IMG/VR virus record: IMGVR_UViG_3300025834_000001
Coordinates: 1 to 50,658 of that record
Reading direction: 5' to 3' (one strand)
DNA: 50,658 nucleotides
Origin: a virus
Lineage: Duplodnaviria > Caudoviricetes
Part shown: one piece after another, positions 16,390 through 25,474 of the stretch
How positions within the stretch are numbered: the first letter of the stretch is position 1
How the letters are laid out: each line of letters starts with the position of its first letter
Notes under the pieces: generated by a model
Told to the model about the DNA's origin: nothing
Seen by the model: the letters and a program-made list of their open reading frames with translations, nothing else
Database searches by the model: none
Position numbers and translations under genes: made by a program

Positions 16390-16510
16390 CTACATATTAG
16401 AGATATAGGCGTAAGTCTAGTTTCAAGTGCTACACTGAAATAATATAAAGTCAAGGTATCACGTCTTTCCCATACGAGGGGAAACCCGTTTTAATTTAAG
16501 TAATATGTAG
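16390..16510 (+). ncRNA. Retron-like ncRNA unit 3 (short)
   Basis: Inverted repeat CTACATATTA (16390-99)/TAATATGTAG (16501-10) with G16400 and G16500 inside. Hairpin TTTCA-A-GTG-CTA-CAC-TGAAA at 16421-40. Shares the 3' motif TTTTAATTT(TT)AAG with unit 2. Confidence 0.72.
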
Positions 16511-16525
16511 ACAAGGAGTCGAATT

Positions 16526-17008
16526 ATGAGTAATATAGAAGATAGATGGATTGAACTTCAACTCTACCAACTTCTAGCAGATTTACAGGACTTCTCCAGA
16601 AATCAACTAAGTGTCCTCGATGCTGTCGAAGTATTAGCGGTATGGGGGAAATTCAGTTCAACAAAAGCAGAAAAACTTGTCTTAGATGTTATGAGTTGGC
16701 CCCACTTTAGACCTGCAAGAGAAGAACTAGCAATCCTAGCACATAAAGCCGGAGTCGATATGCCAGAAATTACAAGAGTAACACAACTGGAAAGACACAC
16801 CATCTACAGAGCAATTCAAAATGAAGCAAAAAACCCAAAGATGTGGGTGCCTAGACTTACCTTAGAAAACACCAAATTAGCCAAACAAATCATTGATAGC
16901 CACATCAATCTAAGAAAGGTAGGAATTTATGGATCACGAACAGTTAAAGAGACTGAAGAACATGCACAAAATGCTTGGACAAGAGGCATTTACTCTGAAC
17001 CATTATGA
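16526..17008 (+). CDS. Hypothetical protein with a probable helix-turn-helix
   Basis: MPEITRVTQLERHTIYRAI resembles an HTH; AAGGAG RBS. Confidence 0.65.
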   Translation: MSNIEDRWIELQLYQLLADLQDFSRNQLSVLDAVEVLAVWGKFSSTKAEKLVLDVMSWPHFRPAREELAILAHKAGVDMPEITRVTQLERHTIYRAIQNEAKNPKMWVPRLTLENTKLAKQIIDSHINLRKVGIYGSRTVKETEEHAQNAWTRGIYSEPL

Positions 17009-17324
17009 TTTCGCAGAAAAAACGGCAGAACCAGACGAAGAAATATGGAAAGAGTTTTTAGCTATCCCAGAAATTATGGAATGGCGTAATGCAGAATTTC
17101 AGATCATATCAGACACAGAACTAAGAAAAACAATTCATGGAATTAACACTTCCAAATCAGTAGGGCAGTCACAGCTTATTGGAGCACTTTCCAAAATTAA
17201 TGAGGTCAGTGTACAAAAAACTGGGCCTGCCTTTGTTTACTGTTATACCCCGTTAAACTCTGAAGAAGCTCAAGCTCCGGATATCAAAATCTTAACCAAA
17301 AACCCATTTGGAGACCCCGAATGA
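16929..17324 (+). CDS. Hypothetical protein
   Basis: RBS present; ATGA overlap with the helicase gene. Confidence 0.7.
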   Translation: MDHEQLKRLKNMHKMLGQEAFTLNHYDFAEKTAEPDEEIWKEFLAIPEIMEWRNAEFQIISDTELRKTIHGINTSKSVGQSQLIGALSKINEVSVQKTGPAFVYCYTPLNSEEAQAPDIKILTKNPFGDPE

Positions 17325-18673
17325 GCCCCGAATTACGACCATACCAACAAGAAGATGTAGCATTCCTAGAAAAATTAGACAGTGCAGGTTGTTTCAACGA
17401 ACAGCGAACAGGAAAAACACCCACTGCCTTAATTTTAGCTTCGCCATATAAGAAAATACTCATTATATGCCCTGGATCGGCAATGCCACAATGGAAAGAC
17501 GAATTTGAGAAATGGTTAGGTCGGCCATGCATTACCTTAATTGGTACACCTCAAAAACGTAACGATTTATTCGCACAATGGACAGATGGACTGATTGTAT
17601 CCTATGACATCTTTAAAAGTACACTGAAAGGTGCAGGACTCGTAAAAGACATAGTAAAACATCCCCCAGATTTTATGATCGTCGATGAAGCACATAGAAT
17701 CAAAAACCCCAAATCAGCAGCAGCTAAATCCGTATTTGCTTGTAAAAAGTTTACTAAAAAATTGGCATTAACGGCTACACCTGCTCACGGCAAGTCTCAA
17801 GAAATATATTCTATCTTACATTGGCTATACCCAACACGATTTACAGGATATTGGGCATTTGTAGATGAATTCTTTGCACAAGAGAAGAAATGGGGAGCAA
17901 ATGGAACTCAATTTATAGATATTGGGGGCTATTTACCAGGAAAAGAACTGGAATTACAACAGTACCTCGCTACTATCTCTACTCAGCGTAAACGAAAGGA
18001 AGTAATGCCATGGTTACCTTTGAAAGATTATACACAAATCCGATTAGAACCGACAAAGCACCAAACCAAGTACCTCGCCGAACTCCAACAGTTTTACGAA
18101 ACAGAACACGTAATTACGCAAGGAACACTCGACAGGCTAATCCGATACCGACAGATATGCTTAGCACCAGCACTTCTAGACCTCAAAGGAGAATCCCCGA
18201 AGTCAGAGTGGATTAAACAGTATCTTAAGGATTACCCAGAGGAATCTGTTATCATATTCTCTAAATTTACAAGCTATTTGAAGTTACTACAGCAGGAATT
18301 ACTAGAATTTGAACCAGCTTTAATGATAGGAGCAACTCCAATCCCATTTAGAAAAATATTAGTAAATGAATTCCAGAAAAAGAGAACTAGAATCCTATTG
18401 CTTAATCTAGATGTAGGCAAGGAGGCCCTTACCTTGGACACAGCGACGACAACAATCTTTTGTGATAAGTACCCTCCAATTGGAGATATTGCTCAAGCAG
18501 AGGACAGATTCGTGTCAACCACAGAGGACAAGAAAGACAAACCACACAAAATTATTGAGTTAATGATCAAAGACACTTACGATGAAGAACTCTATAAACT
18601 TTTAGAGAGCAGAGCAAGTGAAACAGACGTACTCAATAACTATAAATTATACTTAGAAAGGAGAAAATTATGA
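17321..18673 (+). CDS. SNF2-family (SF2) helicase
   Basis: LRPYQ, EQRTGKT, IVDEAH, LTATP, IIFSKF and QAEDR motifs. Confidence 0.92.
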   Translation: MSPELRPYQQEDVAFLEKLDSAGCFNEQRTGKTPTALILASPYKKILIICPGSAMPQWKDEFEKWLGRPCITLIGTPQKRNDLFAQWTDGLIVSYDIFKSTLKGAGLVKDIVKHPPDFMIVDEAHRIKNPKSAAAKSVFACKKFTKKLALTATPAHGKSQEIYSILHWLYPTRFTGYWAFVDEFFAQEKKWGANGTQFIDIGGYLPGKELELQQYLATISTQRKRKEVMPWLPLKDYTQIRLEPTKHQTKYLAELQQFYETEHVITQGTLDRLIRYRQICLAPALLDLKGESPKSEWIKQYLKDYPEESVIIFSKFTSYLKLLQQELLEFEPALMIGATPIPFRKILVNEFQKKRTRILLLNLDVGKEALTLDTATTTIFCDKYPPIGDIAQAEDRFVSTTEDKKDKPHKIIELMIKDTYDEELYKLLESRASETDVLNNYKLYLERRKL

Positions 18674-19653
18674 CAGTAACAAACAATCCAATTTTCAATT
18701 TCAAAAAAGCTGAAAGAGTACAGTGTAAAGCATCTATTATGTTACAAGGACTATCTGGCACTGGTAAATCTGGGCTGGCATTAGCACTAGCCGAAGGATT
18801 AACCAAGCACGATTGGGACAAAGTATTCGTAATAGATACTGAAAACAAATCAGCACCACTATTCGTAGGAATTCCCTTCACATCGGGGGGCACATTCGGT
18901 TCATTTAACGTAGGGGAGCTAACAGCAGACATTGGATTCAAGCCTTCATTCTACTTAGCATTTAGAGATCACGCAGTTCTCGCAGGTGCAGAAGTAGTTA
19001 TTGAAGATAGTATCTCACACGCATGGCAATACAAAGGTGGCGTCCTTGATATGGTTACGGCAGCAACTAATAAGTCTACTAACAAAGCAGATAAGTATGC
19101 AAGTTGGAGAGACCCAGAAGTAGCTTCTGAAAAACAATTACTATTAGACCTTATCAGAGATCCAAGACTTCATGTAATCACAACAGTCCGTGTCAAAGAG
19201 AAGTATGAATTTGAAGAAGACTCAGCAGGTAAAAAGAAATTGGTATCTATGGGAGAACAACAAATCATGCAGGATGACCTTAAATATGAGCCCGATCTAG
19301 TTCTTGAAACCATCGAACCAGGCCATGTTTACAGCAAGACTAAGATTCAGTACCCTAAAGCGAGATGTACTAAGACGAGATATGCTATATTCAACAGAGG
19401 CGAAACTTACGAGTTCACTCCAGAATTAATAGAACAGCTCAGGCAGTACCTTAATGAAGGTGCAGACCCAGAAGTGTTGCTAGAAGCTCAAAGACAAGAC
19501 TACATCATCGGTGTAACAGAGTACATTGACAATAAACCAAACGCTAAAGTAATCTGGTCAGAACTGAAGAAACAAGCAGGTTACGGCGACACCAAATTAA
19601 GTGAAATGCCCCTTGATGTTATCAAAGAGCTATTCATAAAACTAACTATATAA
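18670..19653 (+). CDS. AAA-family P-loop ATPase (Sak4/AAA_24-like)
   Basis: GLSGTGKS Walker A, VIDTEN, IEDSISHAW; adjacent to the SSB-like gene. Confidence 0.8.
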   Translation: MTVTNNPIFNFKKAERVQCKASIMLQGLSGTGKSGLALALAEGLTKHDWDKVFVIDTENKSAPLFVGIPFTSGGTFGSFNVGELTADIGFKPSFYLAFRDHAVLAGAEVVIEDSISHAWQYKGGVLDMVTAATNKSTNKADKYASWRDPEVASEKQLLLDLIRDPRLHVITTVRVKEKYEFEEDSAGKKKLVSMGEQQIMQDDLKYEPDLVLETIEPGHVYSKTKIQYPKARCTKTRYAIFNRGETYEFTPELIEQLRQYLNEGADPEVLLEAQRQDYIIGVTEYIDNKPNAKVIWSELKKQAGYGDTKLSEMPLDVIKELFIKLTI

Positions 19654-19665
19654 AGGAGAAAGACA

Positions 19666-20046
19666 ATGACAGACGGAACACAAACAACGCCAGAATTGGT
19701 AAATGAAACAGAACCAAGCACAGCAATCGCAACCAAAAACATGGACGATTACAACAGAGCAGCTGGAACAAGACCAATGCCTGTAGAAGCACCTAAAAAG
19801 AAAAGAGCCCCAAGAGGAACAAAATCAGTTAACCCACTAGCAGAAGCAAAAGCAGAAGTCAGACTACTTCAAGCTAAAAATGAAATGCTCAATGAGCAGA
19901 TAAAAAATGCCTTTGCAAGAGAAAGAGCTCTTATAGAGTCTGTTGAAAGCATGGCTGTAAAAGTACAGAACCAAAGTACAAAATTAGCACTTATAGAAAG
20001 ACAAATGAGAAATGTTGTCGATACCATCAACCTAGGAGGCAAATAA
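19666..20046 (+). CDS. Coiled-coil hypothetical protein
   Basis: AAGGAG RBS; heptad-like C-terminal half. Confidence 0.7.
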   Translation: MTDGTQTTPELVNETEPSTAIATKNMDDYNRAAGTRPMPVEAPKKKRAPRGTKSVNPLAEAKAEVRLLQAKNEMLNEQIKNAFARERALIESVESMAVKVQNQSTKLALIERQMRNVVDTINLGGK

Positions 20047-20047
20047 T

Positions 20048-20614
20048 ATGGCTATCAACTTTAACGAACTGCCAACTACCAGTGGATTCGCAGTACCCCC
20101 TAAAGGGAACTACCTAGCATTGGTTGAAGTAGCAGAAATGAAACAGGGGCAGAATATGGACAAACCACCATATCTAAACCTAAGACTTGCACTAACTGAC
20201 CCAGACGGAACATCCCATGGCAAAATATTTGATATCATCTCAGAAAGTGAGCATGAAGTAATGAAATTCAAATTAAGAAGATTCATTGAAGCATGTGAAA
20301 TTCCAATCACAGGAAACTTTGACTTAAAAGACCTAGTTAAAATACTTCCTGGAAAGCAGATTATAGTGCAAACTACAATTGAGCCTGCTAAAGATGGTAG
20401 ACCCGAAAAAGGTACAGTAAATATTTTTGCAGAAGGTGTTTACTACCCTAAATCCAAAATGAACGAAATCTTCGGAATACCAACTGTAGCAACTACACCA
20501 ACAAAACCTACGGCTCCAACTCCAGCACCAGCTACAATTAATGCAGCAGACGCTGAAGACGACGCAGTAGAAGTATTTGGTGTAGACCCTATAGAACCTG
20601 CAAACGAATATTAA
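20048..20614 (+). CDS. Single-stranded DNA-binding protein (DUF669-like)
   Basis: PPKGNY...V...E, YLNLRL and GKIFD pattern; Pro/Ala linker and acidic tail; lies between the AAA ATPase and primase genes. Confidence 0.7.
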   Translation: MAINFNELPTTSGFAVPPKGNYLALVEVAEMKQGQNMDKPPYLNLRLALTDPDGTSHGKIFDIISESEHEVMKFKLRRFIEACEIPITGNFDLKDLVKILPGKQIIVQTTIEPAKDGRPEKGTVNIFAEGVYYPKSKMNEIFGIPTVATTPTKPTAPTPAPATINAADAEDDAVEVFGVDPIEPANEY

Positions 20615-20617
20615 AGT

Positions 20618-23398
20618 ATGAGCTTTTTAACAGAATTCTTCGACATAAACGAGGAATCTGGCGAAGTTGCCGTATGTTGCCCCTTCCCACACATTACTAC
20701 AGGAGGGATGACATACTTAGAACACAATCCTTCTGCACATGTAAACACTACAACAATGTTATATCATTGTAAAGTATGTGGTACAGGTTATTCAGAGGCT
20801 CAGTTCATACAACAGCTTCTAGGTTGTGGTGTCGCAGATGCTAAAAAAATACAGCACTGCTTCACTACTACAGAGGATTTACACGATTGGAACGATTCAA
20901 CAATACTAACAACAGCCTCAAAAGAACGAGGTCTAGCCCTTGGTATTTCAGAAGAAGTTCTGAGAGAACTCAATGTTAGCACCCCAGCTGGAACCGGTGA
21001 CCTAATTGCATTCCCAGTATTCATGTTTGACCATCTTTTAGATATACGCAAATATGACCCTGGTAACAAACCTAAAGTCAAATCTAGAGCTAAATGTGTC
21101 AGTGGATTAATTATCCCATTTGATACTTGGAGAACATCACCAACAACCCGTACAACAATAGTTTGTGCAGGAGAGAAAGATATGGCTATCGCACGATCAT
21201 ATGGTTTCAATGCAATCACCATTACAGGTGGGGAGGCTACATTACCTAAAGCACCAAAATACTTTAAGGACAGAAAAATAGTTATTGCTTATGACAATGA
21301 CGGAGCAGGTATCTCGGGAGCAAAAAGACTAGCTGCCACTTTAAAACCTTATGCCGAAAGTGTAAAGGTACTGACCAATTTCCATGAAGTATGTACAGAG
21401 CAAGGCGAAGACATAACAGACTACTTTATGAAGTATAACAAGACTAGAAACGACTTAATCAAATGTATATCAAATACAGACGAGTACATACCTACATTGG
21501 AAGACCTAAAGAAAGACTACCCAATCGTAGACCTTCTAACAGCAAGTCACCCAGATAACATAGGTAAAATACTAAGGAGTAATGTACAAATCGTAGCTGT
21601 ATCCGAAGCAACTTACGCCACACCCTCAGTGATCACAGCAGATAAATTTAGAACCGGTGGAGAAAACGACGGTATGAAAGTAGGAGAAACTCGAGACTGG
21701 GAGTTAAATGAACAAACCTGTCAAGACATCCTACACCTTATGGACAACAACTTCACAGAAGAAACCATAGCAAAAAATCTACGTGGTATGCTAAAGATTA
21801 TGCTGAAAGAAAAGTATGTGCATATTAAAGCACTAGAAAAGAAAACAATATTCAAGGCTTATCTAACAGATATGTTTGAAACATCCGATACAGATACACA
21901 GCCTATGGAGTACACAGCTTACTCAATTGGTAACAAATTAGAGTCTGGTAAAAAGTACATGGCGACTTACAAATTGGTTCCTCACCCATATAAAGGACAA
22001 CAACTAACGATGATTGTTCTGGATGTAGTGCAGGCTAACGATTCCGTTTCAAACTTTCAACTGACTCCAACTGTTAAAGCAAATCTCCGAGCCTTTCAAA
22101 AGGTCAAAGGAAGTGTAGCTGAAAAAATGGAGCACATTACAGAAAGAGCAAAAGGATTAATAGGATACGATGGTAATAACCAACTGATCCAGACAATCGA
22201 CTTAGCATTTCACACAGTGTTACAATTCAGATTCGGAAATTTTAAAAGTGTACGAGGTTACCTTGACACCATTATTGTAGGAGAAAGCAGAACTGGTAAA
22301 TCCAGCACTGCCGATATACTCAGAACAACATACGCTCTAGGAACATTTACATCATTGGCAGGAAATAGTGCAACAATAGCAGGACTGGTCGGAGGCTCAA
22401 ACAAAACAGCCACTGGCTACCAGACTAGAGCAGGTACTATCCCCCAGAATCATAAGGGATTAATCATCTTTGAAGAATTTGGAAAGTCCAACGCAAATGT
22501 AACTGCAGAGCTGACTGATATTCGATCTTCCAATGAAGTACGGATAACCAGAGTTTCTGGGACTATCACATTACCTGCAATGGTAAGAATGATAGCATTA
22601 ACAAATACTAAAGCATCTGGTGGAGCCATTAGACCTATTGCAAGTTACCCAAACGGAATAAGTATTTTACAGGAATTAGTCGGAACAGCAGAAGATATAG
22701 CACGATATGACATCGCACTTGTATCAGCTGACCGAGGCAACAGCCAAATCGACCCATTATGGGAACCTCTAGAACCTTTTACAATAGAAGAATATAGAGC
22801 TAGAATTCGATGGGTATGGAGCCGAACTCCAGATCAAATAATTATCTCGCCAGAACTGAGCAAATATATAATGGAATGTGCTAACACATTAAATAAAGAA
22901 TATGCTTGTCATATTAAAATATTTGGTACAGAAGCATGGAAAAAACTAACTAGACTTGCACTAGCAGTAGCAGGGTATCTAGTTTCCACCGATCATGAGT
23001 ATGAAAACCTTATCCTACAAAAAGAGCACATAGACTATGCAAGAGATTATCTCGTCAGTATCTATGATAACTCTACTTTCAAGCTCAAGGAATATGCAGA
23101 GCATGAAAGAAAGTATTCCACGATAGACAAAGAGGGCGTAGACAACCTTCAAGATATCTATCAGAAATCTCCAAGTATGATACTTCAGTTAGAACAGAGC
23201 TCGGCTGTAACTAAAAATATGTTAGCTGCTGCTACTGGACTGGATACTGGAGAATTAAATGCTGTGTTAATGCGATTAACAAAAGGACTGTTCATTCAGA
23301 TTCAGAACCATGACATTGTTCCAACTGAAAGATTCAGACTTGGTTTAGGAAAACTCAATCGTTCAACCAGCATGGCAAGGCTAGGTGAACCCTCATGA
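20618..23398 (+). CDS. Primase-helicase fusion (Zn finger, TOPRIM, MCM-like AAA+ helicase)
   Basis: CCPFPH...YHCKVC; CAGEKD and AYDNDGAG (TOPRIM); VGESRTGKS, AGLVGG, IIFEEFGK and IARYD (MCM-like AAA+). Confidence 0.85.
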   Translation: MSFLTEFFDINEESGEVAVCCPFPHITTGGMTYLEHNPSAHVNTTTMLYHCKVCGTGYSEAQFIQQLLGCGVADAKKIQHCFTTTEDLHDWNDSTILTTASKERGLALGISEEVLRELNVSTPAGTGDLIAFPVFMFDHLLDIRKYDPGNKPKVKSRAKCVSGLIIPFDTWRTSPTTRTTIVCAGEKDMAIARSYGFNAITITGGEATLPKAPKYFKDRKIVIAYDNDGAGISGAKRLAATLKPYAESVKVLTNFHEVCTEQGEDITDYFMKYNKTRNDLIKCISNTDEYIPTLEDLKKDYPIVDLLTASHPDNIGKILRSNVQIVAVSEATYATPSVITADKFRTGGENDGMKVGETRDWELNEQTCQDILHLMDNNFTEETIAKNLRGMLKIMLKEKYVHIKALEKKTIFKAYLTDMFETSDTDTQPMEYTAYSIGNKLESGKKYMATYKLVPHPYKGQQLTMIVLDVVQANDSVSNFQLTPTVKANLRAFQKVKGSVAEKMEHITERAKGLIGYDGNNQLIQTIDLAFHTVLQFRFGNFKSVRGYLDTIIVGESRTGKSSTADILRTTYALGTFTSLAGNSATIAGLVGGSNKTATGYQTRAGTIPQNHKGLIIFEEFGKSNANVTAELTDIRSSNEVRITRVSGTITLPAMVRMIALTNTKASGGAIRPIASYPNGISILQELVGTAEDIARYDIALVSADRGNSQIDPLWEPLEPFTIEEYRARIRWVWSRTPDQIIISPELSKYIMECANTLNKEYACHIKIFGTEAWKKLTRLALAVAGYLVSTDHEYENLILQKEHIDYARDYLVSIYDNSTFKLKEYAEHERKYSTIDKEGVDNLQDIYQKSPSMILQLEQSSAVTKNMLAAATGLDTGELNAVLMRLTKGLFIQIQNHDIVPTERFRLGLGKLNRSTSMARLGEPS

Positions 23399-24810
23399 GA
23401 CAATGGATATCAACAACAATAACGACCAACAGACAAGCCAATGAAATGCTAGACCTGTTGAAATTACTCGCTCCCAAGGTTGGAGCCTTTGACTCTGAAA
23501 CTAACGGACTGCATATTATAAACAGTACACCATTCCTGTTCCAGTTTGGATATTTACATCCAACAAAACACGTTGGTTACTCATATGCAGTTGACCTAGA
23601 GAAACAACCACTGTTGGGCCGGCAAGTGATAACTTGCTGGCACGACTATGTCTCTAAAAACTTTATAAAGTATTTAGCTCATAACACTAAGTTTGACTTA
23701 CATATGCTTTGCAATATTGGCTTACCATATCTTACGGAAAACTTATCCGATTCAATGTTCTACATTAGATATGCTCATGACGCAGTTCAGCCTGCAAATG
23801 GGGGCCCACCACTTGCACTAAAAGATTATGCTTCACAATACATCGCACATAATGCGAAGTATCAAGATAAACTTTTACAGAGTGAACGGGCATCCATCAC
23901 AAAGGAATTAAATCTGAAACTGAAGATTAGGCTAAAAGGATTAGTTCCTCCAACGGACTGGAACGCCAAAGCCTATACATTAGGTGTACTCACTGACATG
24001 TTTAAAGACCCAGTCTCTGACTGGACTTGGCTACCTGAAGATGCCCAAAAGGTATATCAAGAGTGGCTTAACATAGACGTGCCAGAAGTTATTCGACCAA
24101 GCGTAGTAGCTTTGGTGGAATCAGACTTCATACCATATACTATTCTGAATAGAGAAACTCTAATCAAGTATGCTCATTTAGATATAGTATACGCACTAGA
24201 AATCTATGACCATCTGGAGCCTATAGTTTTGGCTCGTGGTAACGAGACAGCCATTGAAATAGAGGAATCATTAATAATTCCACTATGGGAAATGGAACGA
24301 ACTGGATTTAACTGTGATATAGATTACTTAATCGAATCACAGGGTAAAGTCAAGGAGTACATTCTGGAAAGGCGACAAGCACTTTACGACCTTTGCCAGA
24401 GGAAAATCAACATAGGGCAACACGCCTTGGTTAAAGAAATACTTGAAACTGATTTCAATGTCAAATGCACATCAACAAACAAAGATATCCTGGATGTGGT
24501 AGTCTCAGATATAATCCGTGCAGGAGACAATCCCGAAGCAGTTGAATTTATTAGCACTATCCAAGAACTGAGAACCCTTGAAAAATGGTACTCTGCCTAC
24601 ATCATGCGGTTTATTAGACAAACCAAAGGTGGAGCAACTAGGCTGTACACAACCATCAACCAAGTTGGTGCTGTTACAGGCAGAGTAACATCTGATTTCC
24701 AACAGTTTCCAAAACAAGGTATAACCAAAGTTGACGGAACTGAATTATTCAATCCACGACGCATGGTAATCTGTACTGGTGGAGCTTACAACTCCATCAT
24801 CTATCTCGAT
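23395..24810 (+). CDS. polA: Family A DNA polymerase, exon 1 (3'-5' exonuclease and N-terminal polymerase region)
   Basis: FDSETNG, AHNTKFDLHM, YAHLD and TGRVTS. Ends at ...IIYLD, the catalytic Asp of motif A. Confidence 0.92.
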
Positions 24811-24947
24811 TAATACAATGGTCGAGAATAAACCCCGAGAATTGCTGGAACATCCCACCGGGACAATCAGCAGCCGAGCCTGGTAACAGGAAGGTTCAAC
24901 GACTAGTCGAAAGACGTACACTCAAGTGAGTGGAAGCACGGGGAAGT

Positions 24948-24976
24948 TTGACATCAAGTTCAACTTGTGGTATCAT
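24948..24976 (+). promoter_or_regulatory. Intron-internal sigmaA-type promoter for the HNH gene
   Basis: TTGACA-N17-TATCAT with an extended -10 TG; palindrome CAAGTT-C-AACTTG in the spacer. Confidence 0.7.
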
Positions 24977-24998
24977 CTAATTGAAAGAAGGTGATAAC

Positions 24999-25403
24999 AT
25001 GGCAAAAGGATTTAAACAAATAAAATATTCCAAAGCTGATGAACAATTTCTTATAGATAATTATGCAACATTAGGTAACAAAAAATGTGCAGAATTACTA
25101 AACAGAAGCATAACAGCACTAAACCATAAAGTAAAAAAGATGAACCTAACTATCGACTGGAGTTATACTTACACTTCAGTACAAGGATACTTAGTAGACT
25201 GCACAGACCGAAATAATAAACAGGCTAAACATCGTCAAATTATGGAACAAAAAATTGGAAGACCTTTAACCGCACAAGATATAGTTCATCACATAGATGA
25301 AAACAAGTTGAACAACAATCCAGAAAATCTGGAACTGCTAACACGGGCATCACATATAAACCTACATCGCCCTAAATTAATGGCTGCCAAACTTATGATA
25401 TAG
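24999..25403 (+). CDS. Intron-encoded HNH homing endonuclease
   Basis: HRQIME...VHHIDENKLNNNPENL...H. The AAGGTGA RBS favours ATG 24999. The ORF lies in the P8 loop and its stop overlaps the S element. Confidence 0.9.
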   Translation: MAKGFKQIKYSKADEQFLIDNYATLGNKKCAELLNRSITALNHKVKKMNLTIDWSYTYTSVQGYLVDCTDRNNKQAKHRQIMEQKIGRPLTAQDIVHHIDENKLNNNPENLELLTRASHINLHRPKLMAAKLMI

Positions 25404-25474
25404 TCTACTCTGCATAGTAATATGCAGCAGTCACATTGACGAATTAGAATTAACGACTCTAGTTGAATATAAGG

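Larger units (their letters stand above)
24811..25474 (+). mobile_element. Group I intron (664 nt) in polA motif A
   Basis: Removal joins IYLD to YSQIELR in frame. P1 pairs exon TCTCGAT with GTCGAGA (24821-27), giving a U-G pair at the splice site. P AATTGCTGGAA, Q AATCAGCAG, R GTTCAACGACTAG and S GATATAGTCT are present, and the terminal base is G25474. Confidence 0.93.

Noticed and set aside
16074-16440. AAGTGCTACACT repeats as a CRISPR array
   Set aside because: Only two exact copies about 350 nt apart, no regular spacers and no cas genes. They are better explained as the conserved hairpin of the ncRNA units.
14432-16525. RT as a group II intron
   Set aside because: No interrupted host gene, no maturase or endonuclease extension, and no recognisable domain V or GUGYG 5' end.
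24811-24813. In-frame stop in polA as evidence of stop-codon reassignment or a pseudogene
   Set aside because: It is explained by the group I intron. Other genes end normally at TAA, TAG and TGA under the standard code.
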